From: Diadema antillarum
Taxonomy: Eukaryota
Assembly (NCBI RefSeq): GCF_040938485.1
Contig: NW_027270980.1
Location: 1,564,443 to 1,614,000, forward strand
Length of the DNA: 49,558 nt
Direction of reading: 5' to 3'
Each line of letters opens with the position of its first letter. Within the stretch, counting starts at the first letter, position 1. Shown here one piece after another: positions 22,564 through 33,920 of the stretch. Under the pieces are notes generated by a model. That model saw only the letters and a list, made by a program, of their open reading frames with translations, was not told the origin of the DNA and searched no databases. Both the position numbers and the translations under genes were made by a program.

Positions 22564-24384
22564 TTGTAATACTCTCTTTCTTGCTTGCATCAGCTCAACT
22601 CAAAGGGTCACACTTTCCAATGAGGCTGCGATGTGTAGGCTAAAGGTTAATCCAAGAGCCACGTCAGTCTTTCGAGGCTCATAGGAGTTATTGCTATCTT
22701 TCGTTTACTCTTTTTTTTTTGTCCAACGTGGAAATCCTCCTCTCCTATCATCGCGCCTGTATATACTAAAAAAGGGACTTCCCCTTGCTGGAATTCTAAT
22801 TTCCATGTATACGCTCTTTTGTTCATAGGGGAATATTGATGTACAGATTTGTTTTTCAAGGGGGGGGGGTACATACAGTTTGGTATTTGATATAATCCTC
22901 CTTCCCTCCACCCCTCCCCCAAGAAAAATGAATCAACGATTCTGAAGACAGCATGCAGTGTATTTGAAATCTGCTAGAAACATAGAAAATAATAAGATAG
23001 TATGGGATATTTTCAATCATAATTTTAAGAATATTTCCTATTTCTTTTAAAGGTGATATATAACTGGACATGTTTTATTTTGCTCTATATCTGGTGATGG
23101 ACTTATTCTTGGATATGTTAAAAATGGCGCTTAGCCCGTGGCATTTTGTGATCAATCTCTTCATTAGTGATATGAAATTATTATTCTTACAGACCAATCA
23201 AATTAAAAGGAGCTCTGAGGCGACATAACGTACAATATTAGTGCATGTCTTGTGAAACCGGATAATTCCTGAAATTTGGCTATTCATAATTTCATCAAAT
23301 ATTTTACATCAAGTTCTTCTCCTTTTATGTTGATGAAACATCTACTGATTTGTTTTCCTGATTCAGCACTACCAGTTAGAGTCCTCTGACACCCTCCTCC
23401 GTGATTCATGTTCCACGCCACCCCCCCCCCCCTCCTTCCCTAAAGAGGGGGTGGGGAGATATGAAAATCTCGATTATACCATCATAAATGACACGATCAG
23501 GCTTGCGAAGAAATGGATAATTGACTCATGACACATCTGGGATGTGAACGCACGCTTTCGAACACAATCAGCATAACAATGGCACACTAAAAATACCGCG
23601 AGCGGAGCTATTCGTCAAACCCCATGACGTGGAACACCTACGGTACACCTTGCTCGCACTGTCGCAATAGTTGCCTTCATCTGTAGTCTTGTACAAGACC
23701 CATTGATTATCCTTGATGGTGGATGTGGGGCACGCGGAAACTTAACCCCTTGTCTTTAAATTTCTGAACAGCAAATCACCAATCTCCAGGTTGAAAAGTT
23801 AACAATAGCCCTAATTTCTTGTTGTTGATTTCAGAGAACAAAATTTAAAGCTCTCCTTCCATTCACATAATATTCCCGATTGATTCCCGATTGCACAAGC
23901 GTATGAGCGTTAAAGACTATATTTTTCGGCTCGGATTGTTATGGTTTGCACGCTTGACAGGACGGCAGGGCAACAAGCAACAATAGTGACAGGGAGAGAA
24001 CAGAGTGTCAAAACTCCTGTCAAACTCACCACTCGCCTTGCCATTAATTTATATAATATTATGTTTGAAGATCATTCATTTATACATTCTAGGGTTGGAT
24101 ATGCTCTCGGGCCAACTGAGCCTTGATAATCAATCGTATTTTTTTTTCTTTTTTTGGAATGATATATTATGATTAGAACAATATTAGAAGTAGTTATATC
24201 GTGTATTTTGATTTAATTTCTTTGCCTCGTAATAATTGATTAATTAGAAACACCTGTATTAAGCGCTCTGTTTGTGTAAGTTACCATCATTATTACTACA
24301 TTTATCAATTTTGAACATAATGTATGGCAATTGATAAAGTTGAGCGAGAGAAAGCTTGATTTTGAGGGAGAAACATGCAGCTAG

Positions 24385-24474
24385 AGAGGGGGAGAAATTT
24401 GAAAAGATTTCGCGAAATCGGGCCTCAAAGTGGGAGATATGTACCGCCAAAAGCGAGATCAGTTGGAGTTTTTG
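24385..24474 (+). mobile_element. Relic right end of the same MITE family as 33556-33920
   Basis: agatttcgcgaaatcgggcctcaaagtgggagat...aaaagcgagatcagttggagtttttg aligns by eye with the 3' end of the 33.6-33.9 kb element. Confidence 0.35.
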
Positions 24475-25293
24475 ACTCTTTGGCATATATTGCTCATTTC
24501 ATGTAAACATTTCGATATTTTCCAATTTATCTATTCAAACCACTTTCATGGCAATTGCCGTTGCGCACGTCGTGCTCTCACAACCAAGTGGTATATTAGT
24601 GAGCTCCGAAGTATAATTTATACACCAAGCATCCATGTACCATTTTAATTACAGGACGTTATACCAGCCTCACTTCTTGCCAGTTTAGCTAATGATTTCT
24701 TCATGATTGATAAGAACTGATTGATAGGCCCTATCAATGTTATCAGCCCCTACTGAGCGTGACAGCGTTTTTGGTTGATGTAAAGATAGAACGTGAGGAA
24801 ATAAAACATGTTTTTATGCCGTCAGCATCATTATCGCCACGTTTGATAAGATTTGTTTTGTGCTTTCTCCACTGGTTGAAATTAGCATTTTCTTTGCTTC
24901 TATAGCCACGTATAGTAAAATGGCATGATCTCTCATCCGGGTACTCTAACATGCGCGAGCGGTATAGTATAATGCAGACCTATAATACAGAATGAATATA
25001 GGAAGGTGTCCTGGGTATCCGCTTACACGTGGCACAATTCGCATCATCAAATTTTAGCGCGGGCAGGAGCTCAATAAATAGGACGGTCCGCCGCGTTCGG
25101 CATTCATTTCCCGAGGTCCACTTGGTTCAGGAATATACACTCCTAAAGATTACTATTGTAACACCCTCTGTAAAAAAAAAAATACCTGCAGAGATAACCA
25201 AACCGGCGGAGCTTGATTTTTACAAGGATCACAATATTCAACGTTTTCTTTGCATTCTTGCATCACTTTTCGAGCAACACACCCGGACAAAAA

Positions 25294-27731
25294 ATGGGTC
25301 TCCTGATTTCGAAGATGACGACTCTATTTCGGGAATGGTCGGAAGGCAGTCCGTCTAGAGTTTTGATGCTTGGACTTGATGCAGCAGGTATGTCTGCGAT
25401 GTCTTTTATCTTTTTGTATCTGTTGGTTGTTCTTAGAACTCGATCACCTTTCTTTTTTTATTCTGAAGCTAGACAGATTAATAGTTGGATGTTTCAATTT
25501 GTTATGCTTGTCTGTTCGTTTTCAACTATTGTCAACCTTATTTGCTTAAAAAAGAGGAAAAATTCTAAGGAGTGCACAGATTACGGTTCTTAATTGTCTT
25601 CCATACAAGATCCTTGGCTTCAGTTGATTTTGAATTGTATCGATCTTTTTACATTACTGTTGAATGACGAATATTCTTTTACAGTTAGATAGCTGGATAG
25701 ACAAATCGTATCATTCTTTTGCAATATTTTGAGGTAAACAATGTTTTTTTTTTCCTTTGGCGTAGAGAAATATGACATTTCAATGAATGCCATCCTATCT
25801 GTTCTGAAAGAATCTGTGTTCTTATACTTGCTCCTGATTTCAAAGCATTTTCTAATGATCGATGATGTGTTGAATCTGTCTAATATAGGGATAGCTATCG
25901 AAATCATTGTGAAAATATTGCAAAGGTTTTGTTTGTTTGCTTTTTCATTAATGAATAAAATATTCTTCAAAATACAAAATCAGCAGTTTTGGCAACAGCC
26001 AATGGTCTTACGAGAAATTCAACTGTTCCTATAATGGGAACATATAAATAACTGCAGCTTGATTTGGTTGTGATTTACTCTTCGAGATAAAATTGGGAAT
26101 AGGGCTACTCATTCTTGTAGCATTTCACCCCTGCATTAAGTATCATATCACCTGCTTACATAAAATATTTTTAAAAAATGATAATTTCAAGACACAAACT
26201 GCATTTCCATTCTTCCGCCACTCTACTCTCTCACACGAAGTAATTAACCTTGACTGCAGCTTACTGTTTGGATTTTGTCGGATTCACTTTTTTCAACATA
26301 GGTAAAACAACATGCCTGTATAAGCTCAAGCTAAACGAGACCGTGACAACGATCCCCACCATCGGCTTCAACGTCGAGACCGTCACGCCCGTCCCTGGTC
26401 TCTCGTTCACCGTGTGGGACGTCGGCGGCCAGGAGAAAATCAGGGCTCTGTGGAGGCATTACTACTACGGGACTCATGGTATGTTAATCATTCTCTGTGC
26501 TGATTTGATTTGATATAATGATTTGATTATATTGGTTATGAAGACGCCGAAAGAATCTGTGTGTATCAATGCATGAATATATAACTCAGCCTTTTCGAAT
26601 AATTACAAACTGTGAGGTGACGTAATGTTTCGTCAGGTTTGATATTTTAGACAGACATCATAAAGGGGGAGGGGGCATTTTCCTCTGTCCCAATTTAATC
26701 ATTAATCATCAATCTTTTTTTTTTAGATCTTTATTGACGTCATTAATAAAGTGTTCTAACAAACAGCGTTAAAACACAGGCAAGCGATTTTTATTTGTAG
26801 TAAAACACGAATCATCATCACAGCGTAGACATCATAATACTCTGCCTTCAAATCTGTTTAGAAGTTGATAATTATGTAAGTGAATGAGTGTTCTCTCGGA
26901 ATTCTTTTATTGTGTGGACAAGATGAAAGCACCAATGAAATAATGGAATTATCACAGTTTAAGGCAAGGAAGTAATTAAGTGATATTCCTTTATTTGCAG
27001 GTGTCATCTTCGTGGTTGACAGTCAAGACCGCGCACGTTTCGCTGAGGCCAGAGAGGAGTTGTTCGGCATCGTGAACGCACAGGAGATGACACAGGGGGC
27101 TCCAGTCTTGGTGCTAGCGAATAAGCAGGATCTCCCAGGTGGGACAACATTCCTATTCTTCAATCTGGATTCACAAATCTTTAAAAATGATTTATTGTAC
27201 ACACTCAGTATAAGTAGTGTAACCTAAATGATAACGGGAATGTAGAGTCTGATGATGCGTTAGGGGAAAATATCACTATGGAGTAAAATGGACGATGGCC
27301 AGATCTAAGCAACAGCCAAATGAGGTAAATTTGATTCATTGCAGGTGGATGAAGGTAATGAATACCATTCCCATTCTAAATTCGTTAACATCAACCGATT
27401 TTGTGACGCATCATGTTTAGGGGGCTTTACATCACGGCAGCCTTGCAGTGCTTACATATATTGTGTCAAAGTTCTCTTTTAAATATGATGATATAGAAAA
27501 CAACTATATTCTTACGCATTCCACACTTTCTCATCATCCTTGATCAAATTATTAGGAGCTTCGGGTGTCACCAAACTCATTGATGAGCTGCACCTGCGCA
27601 ACCTGACGCGAAACCCGTGGCACATTCAGGGCGCATGCGCGACGACCGGGGATGGTCTCTACGAAGGACTCAATCAGCTGGCGAAGATGATCCGAGAATT
27701 CAAAAAGAGTGGTGGGAAGGTGTCACAATGA
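25294..27731 (+). CDS. ADP-ribosylation factor (ARF/ARL) family small GTPase with canonical motifs (194 aa); join(25294-25387, 26302-26478, 27001-27138, 27556-27731)
   Basis: 94+177+138+176 = 585 nt, GT-AG phase-1 introns (914, 522 and 417 nt), strong Kozak context: [194 protein letters not shown]. Motifs: G1 GLDAAGKT, G2 PTIGFN, G3 WDVGGQ, G4 NKQD, G5 CAT, and a Gly2/Ser6/Lys7 myristoylation signal. The subfamily is not assigned. Confidence 0.96.
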
Positions 27732-28670
27732 AACAACCACATCAATCGTTCAAGCAGTATAAAATGAGACCAGTTATAGACGTATAGTTTCCGTTGAAAT
27801 GGACTGTACCGGAAGTGAATTTCATCAATGCCGGCCCAAGCGACCTCACGCTGGAACACGTCACCAGACCGTAATGTGGCGAGTCATTTCCGTCATAATA
27901 TTAGGCAGGATTTGATTTGTTTTCAAGGACCCTCCTCATTATTCGTGTACTGAACAAGAAAAAAAATTATCTAAAGGTCTGTTTTGCGGAACAGAGAAAG
28001 GATTTACTGGTTTAGCTGCAGTAAGAACGACAATTTTGAATGAACTCGTCGTCATTGCCAAAACTGGTCATGAAAGGAAAGACATTTTTTTTTTTTTGGA
28101 AAACCTAAGAAATTAAAGTGAAAAAAATGAGGGAAGGGGTGAAAAAAAGACATGCACATGATGCAAAATTATTTTATAAATAGATGGGCTGAAAGAGAGG
28201 ATTTTTTTGTGTGTTTTTTAAGACCTCTAATCACAAGAAATATTGTGAATGATTAGCATAAAAGAGACGGGGAGAGAATATAATATTTTGGTGTTGTTGA
28301 TGCAGACATAATAGTATTGAACCTTGAGAGTACTGAAGAGTACAACCTGTTACAGCATCAAACAGGTTAACACGAAACCTTAGTTTTCAAAAAAACACAC
28401 GCACTAACTTTGATTTTCCTTCGAACAGTAACAAAGTCTTCATTTTTTTTAATCTAAGAGAATGTCAGAGTGTGAAGACCACGTCAGATCTTTTAATTCT
28501 TTATTAGATAAGTGCAATCTGCGATGCCTATTGAGAGTAATGTGATGAATTGTTTCAAGGAAAGGCTGCCCAAATCTAAAGATCAAAGCTTCGCAAGTTT
28601 GCTTAAGATAAGGTTTACTATCATGCAAGCAGTGTGGAAATCAATCAAAGGTGAAAAGCAACTTTGTCAA

Positions 28671-28674
<4 letters not shown>

Positions 28675-28720
<46 letters not shown>
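28675..28720. repeat. (CT)n microsatellite
   Basis: 23 perfect dinucleotide units. Confidence 0.97.
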
Positions 28721-28723
<3 letters not shown>

Positions 28724-30078
28724 CTGTATAGTATATCTTATGTCTCCACTCTCCCCTTTTATCCTCGTATCAAAATTTTTCTATTTTCTTATTATCTCTC
28801 TGTTTCTTTCAGTCAATATTTCATATTGACACTTAGTTATGGTGTTCTCAGACTATTTTCATTGTTTTTGATATGTACGAGAATACATGCACCGACAATA
28901 GTCTTTCATTGAGATAACATTCATCTACCTTTGACGGATTAGTGTAGTTTTGAAGAAAAAAGAACATATCTCTTATGTTTCAGTGTGAACGACTTTCACA
29001 GATACAGTTTAATATTGTAAAAAGATAAATAATAAAGAGGAAAGAAATTGTGATAACAAACAATCGGTCATTTTATTTGTTTGTTTGTTTGTTTGTATGT
29101 TTGTTTTTGTTTTTACTTTTCACATTCATTGCTACACTATACTTTATGAAGTTTGTTAATGCTTCGATTTTGAGACCATAATGAATTCTTATAAGGATAG
29201 TTATGTAAAAATTTGCGTAATGTATAATAAATTTATCCGTGGTATATGACAACTGTTGTTGTGTTTTAAAGAAAGAAGAGAGAAAAAAATGGGGGCCCTA
29301 TACAACAAATAATATTGCCCCAAAACTGTTGACCACTGTTGACCAACTGTTGACCTTTGTGAACAGACGAATATGCAATGCGTTGGGGAAGCAGCCCTTG
29401 CTTTATTCTGAAGATGTACATAATAGTTTGTATATTTCTATGCATTGTTTCTGATATTTGCATTATTTTGTTGTAAAATAAAATACCTATTTCAAAACGA
29501 TTCAAAACAATTGTTGCACATTGCACGCTTTTATTGTTAGGCATACACCTTGTAAAATTGATCCTGTTCAATATGTGTGTGACTGTGTGGGCTTGTGAAA
29601 GTAAGTGTGTGAATGGGAGGGGGAGTGGATTTTTAATTTGATTTTTTTTTATTACAGGAACACACTTTGATTAAAAAACAAACCAAAAACACTTCTAGCT
29701 GGAATGTTATTACAAGTACATGTTTACGACTTTCGACATTTTTTTTTTTTCGTTAAAAAAAGTCGAGCGCCATCTACTGCCATGGTCGTAAGAAAGTCGA
29801 TGGTTTTTGCCTAGTTCGATGCAGTCAGAATGAAAGCATGCAATCAATTATTTGGTCTGATGCACACGTTTTGCTTTACATTTACATCATTGTTACGCAA
29901 GAGGTAAATCAATAGATTAACATCAGTCACATTAGATATGTTGGCAGGTGAGTAGAAGATGAGTTTGACAATAATTGATGTCTGTATTGTAGTACAAGGT
30001 GTGAGTTTCAGTTTCAGTCTATTTCATACCTCTAATATCAGGTTATGTCATCATTAACACATATTCTTGTATACTTTG

Positions 30079-30220
30079 NNNNNNNNNNNNNNNNNNNNNN
30101 NNNNNNNNNNNNNNNNNNNNNNNNNNNNNNNNNNNNNNNNNNNNNNNNNNNNNNNNNNNNNNNNNNNNNNNNNNNNNNNNNNNNNNNNNNNNNNNNNNNN
30201 NNNNNNNNNNNNNNNNNNNN
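30079..30220. other. Assembly gap (142 N)
   Basis: Run of N. Confidence 1.
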
Positions 30221-30277
30221 CTGGTCGAGATCAAAATTACGATTCGGGTTGTCGGAAAAAAAAAGAAAGAAAATCAT

Positions 30278-30390
30278 ATATTACCCGTCATGCAACAAAC
30301 TGTCTGTTAGAAAATCCTTATCTTTCTATCCCAGCGCAAAAATCTGGTATAAGACACCAAGGACCTGGTGTGTGGAACTCATTGTCGTAG
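30278..30390 (+). mobile_element. Decayed LINE ORF2 C-terminal relic
   Basis: Translates YITRHATNCLLENPYLSIPAQKSGIRHQGPGVWNSL. This matches the Y.TR...GP..WNSL pattern of the LINE at 7799-8551 (YPTRRSGEFHLPLLRTIFAKNSLIYVGPNYWNSL). Confidence 0.55.
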
Positions 30391-31080
30391 TTCTTCTCTA
30401 CACTGTTTTAAATCATCCTTTAAAAAAAAAAAAACCTTCTCGCATTAATATCCCTATTTCTCGACAGAACCTTTGCTCACCGATCGATTTGAACTCTGTA
30501 TGTCACATCTGTTATAATCACTGGTTTACTGTATAGAATGATCATTTTTTAATACAAAGTCTTGGGTAAAGTTAGTTTTGTTTTTCTTGTAGGGACCTAC
30601 ATAGCTCCGACTCAAACAGTGCAACTATATGACTTCTCTGCTCTCAACTTTTCCCATTCAAGCGTACCCCCTTCTTTGCCCATGTGAAGTTCTTTTCTGT
30701 CTCGTTATATTCCCTTGTGTTGTCCTCCATCGGCAGCCAAAATCGAAAATACTCGGAAGTTCAAGTTGTGTATCTGTGTAATATGTGTTTGGTTCATCAT
30801 CGAGTGAAGAATAAAGGAGTATTGTAAGAAACCATATCGCCCATACAGAGACAGTTATCCCAGTCAAGCGCATCTTATCGATACTAGTTCCCTCTACACC
30901 GTATGCCTGCCTAATGTATATACACAATTGTAGCTACATTTCTTTTTATTACACTTGTTATTATCCTGATGTAAAAATGCTGATTTTGTCATGGTTTTAT
31001 TTGTACAAGTGGAGAAATAAAACAAACTGAAACTATAAAACTGAAGCAGTTTCCTCTCTTTTTCTTTTTCTTTTTTTTTA

Positions 31081-31153
31081 TTTGCCCGACATGAAATTTT
31101 ACATGCCTCGGGCAAGCGGACACTGAGCGCTATAAAATAAATGTCGAGCCCTG
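31081..31153 (+). mobile_element. Terminal fragment of the hAT-like MITE family also seen at 38.2-38.9 kb and 48.4-48.9 kb
   Basis: tttgcccgacatgaaattttacatgcctcgggcaag aligns with cttgcccgacattgactttcacttgcctcgggcaat (about 48850). It ends in tcgagccctg. Confidence 0.55.
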
Positions 31154-32129
31154 TGTTAAATTATGCCATAACAAAAATGATGAAAATCAGGTGGGCCCGT
31201 TTCACTGACGCCGGATCTGGGACCCTTCATGAAAGGTAAAGCGAGAATAAGCAACAAGCCAAAAAGATATACAGAAACCCGCATGTACATGGCGTCAATA
31301 TTTGGTACACGAATTGAACGAAAAAAAAAGAAAGAATAACAACTGCAGCAGCAACACGACAGCAGCAACAACAACAAATATGTCACGTAACATCACGATT
31401 TACCATATGACATTAGGGTAGTAACGTCTCTCTCAATTTCTGTTATGACTCCTCATTTTGTCAAGAAAGCCTAGCTCTTTGAATCTAATTATTAGTCAAA
31501 AAGTCAACAAACTCTCTCATCATATGGGAACGCCCATCATGGTAAGTGATTTCTTTTCTTCGCATGGAAGCGAGCATAGAGCTATTGCGTTGAGGGTGGA
31601 CCCAGGCTTTGGAAGCTGCCTTTCTGATGATTTATAATTACTAGTCTTATGCCAGCTGGCCTTCGAACAGGTGGGCGTTTGATTCGAAGCCATCACCCGG
31701 GGTAAGTCGGGCGATGAGTCACGGTGATTTAAACAGACACAGAATAATATGCCCATATACATGTATAGGCTAAAGTCAATCATCCAATTACAGTTAACGG
31801 CATGGTCATCATCGCCATGATTTTAATCCCCAGAATTTGTAATCATTATTGTCAAGATAATGACTATGGTTACTAGTATATAAAACGAACATCTTCGAAA
31901 GTGTGGACACACCCTTGGAATATATAGGCCTAGATCATAATCCGTAATATATCGCCCTCCTTTAATTATGTACGCGCGTAGCACACTACCAGAGTGAAGG
32001 GATCGTAGTTTTACGAATTGGTGCTGACAAATTATAAACAGCAAATTCTTGGAGTTGAAAGAAAGTAGCACCGATACCTAAACAAACTGGTAATGAAGCT
32101 TATACATTCAGAGTCCAACGAATTAAATC

Positions 32130-32700
32130 GTCACAATAATTTCGCCATGCCGTTCATCAAGCCCGTTCCGCCTCCCTGCTGAAGCCAAAAACTCCTGCCT
32201 AGAACTCATTTACGAACACGACGAACGGACGCATAGTACAGCTTTGACAGGGAATGGCATTGAATTACTTCCGCGTTACGGAAGAAAATAATCGCGTCGG
32301 ATTCGTGAGAGAATAACCCGGATGTTGGGTGTATACATTAAAATCCATTCTGAGATGGCGTCGTCAACGTGAATGTGAGTGTGAGGGACTGTTCACCTGT
32401 CTCACCGTACATCTGATCTTCTCGAACTTGTAAGTACCCTCTCCTATGAATTTGTATTTTATAAATATAATTTATGAGTCCACTCGAATACATGGTAGGA
32501 GAATATATCTAACGGAATAAACGCCTGTCTGGTGGAATGTTTGGCGTGTCAACAGGTAAACGAATGTCTGAGACGCTAGACGCGTCACCGCTGTGCTGAT
32601 GACTATGTAGAACAAGAAGCGATGACGCCTGTTTGATCGAGCATACTGCGTAGTGCTAGTGCCGAACGTGTTGGGATGGTGCAGTGGGAGTGGTGGTATG
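32130..32700. promoter_or_regulatory. CpG-rich, promoter-like segment of an unidentified neighbouring gene
   Basis: Visibly high CpG density, a YY1-like GAGATGGCG at 32352-32360, and a good 5' splice donor GTGAGT at 32375. No downstream coding exons were confidently found. Confidence 0.35.
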
Positions 32701-33555
32701 GTGCATGGTGGTGAGCTGAGAAGTGGGCCATTTATGGGAAGCAGTGCTTGACTGCTTAATCTCCACCGAGTACTTGCTGTTCTCTCCACTGTAGTTTAAT
32801 GTACTCATCCAATGGCTCCAGATTTTGAGGGTGTAAACCCTATTGACATTTGCCTTATTTGTGTAAAACTTTTTCAAAATACTGGTACAGAGAAGCATCT
32901 AGACCTAGAAATCTAGCTTTGACCTACCGGTGGTGGTAGTTTAGAAGTTCTGTTATATTTTGTTCATGTCTGTAGACTTTTTGTTGACGGTAAGTTGCAG
33001 GAATTAACCCCAGACCGTCAGCCAGTTGAAAGTTGAACTTGAAGTTGTAACATTATAGTGATGAAAACTGATGAAACGTTAGAAGCTTAAAATATCTCAC
33101 ATTCACAATTTGCCTGAAATTTTACTCATAATACTCTAGTGTAAAGAAAATACTCTTAAATTCACAAGCATGCATAAAAAATGCGATTTGCGGTACTCGC
33201 TCCAAGATAACTGCTTCAAATGCGTGGGTTGTTGTTTTGACGCACTCAGTTGCGCCGTAATTTTGAAACCAACACCCCTACCCTCTGATTGACAATACCT
33301 GTGAAATGCACGTAAAGCTTTTGAATGTGCATTTTATAATCTATGGTATCATTGTTTTGCTGTTGATCTTGTTTTTTATTGTGTTTTTCAGTAATATTTG
33401 GGCATCTTCAAATGCCCACTGAAGAATGCAAAACCACTGCGCGTAGTCCCATGCATGAAAGTTTGTTCTTTACGTGCAATGCTATAGAGGAGTGTCGGTT
33501 TCAATGATCAATGACAATGTGTTGGACAGCTACTATACTACTCTCTAGATCTTTA

Positions 33556-33920
33556 CAGAGACTCCAACCCCAAGCACCTTCTGATCTGGAGATTCTCCCG
33601 CCTGAAACCCCTCGAAAACGGGAGACTCCAAGCTAATGTGTGCGAAGCGCACATCATGTGCGTGAAGCGTGAAGTTTCTTGCGGCTGGGGTCCAGGGCTT
33701 GCTTAAGGGCCCTGGAATCTCAAGGGTTCAAGATGCTCTCTCGTGCTATGTAAGGCTTATTTTTCAACATACAATGGCAATAAGTAAGAAATCCTTTCCA
33801 ACGGGAGACACAGAGCCAGGGCGGGAGAAATTAAATCTCAAGTGGGAGAATGGGAGATTTTGCAAAAATGGGCTTTCGGCGGAAGATCTCCCGTCGAAAG
33901 CGGGAGAGTTGGAGTCTCTG
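33556..33920. mobile_element. 365-bp MITE with 13-bp TIRs and a 6-bp direct repeat (hAT-like termini)
   Basis: cagagactccaac ... gttggagtctctg is a perfect TIR pair. TCTTTA lies at 33550-33555 and 33921-33926. Confidence 0.85.

Larger units (their letters stand above)
2330..22637. repeat. Tandem triplication of a roughly 5.3-6 kb unit (excluding private insertions), each unit carrying one ARF-like gene
   Basis: Exons, introns and flanks recur three times. For example aaggacaaaaact..tattcttagaa occurs near 2420, 9963 and 15257, and cactttcca.tgaggctgcgatgtgta near 9340, 14640 and 22615. Homology stops after about 22637. The left boundary is diffuse. Confidence 0.92.

Noticed and set aside
25213-25293. 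Upstream in-frame extension (MIFTRITI...) of the canonical ARF
   Set aside because: It starts from a non-ATG codon in the ORF track. The ATG at 25294 has strong context and yields the Gly2 myristoylation site.
29325-29355. Three tandem ctgttgacc units
   Set aside because: A short slippage repeat with no associated structure.
31156-31386. ORF with the signal-peptide-like segment MRVSVYLFGLLLILALPFMKG
   Set aside because: It ends after about 20 more residues with no convincing donor and no recognisable homology. The start of the ORF lies in low-complexity CAG/CAA repeats.
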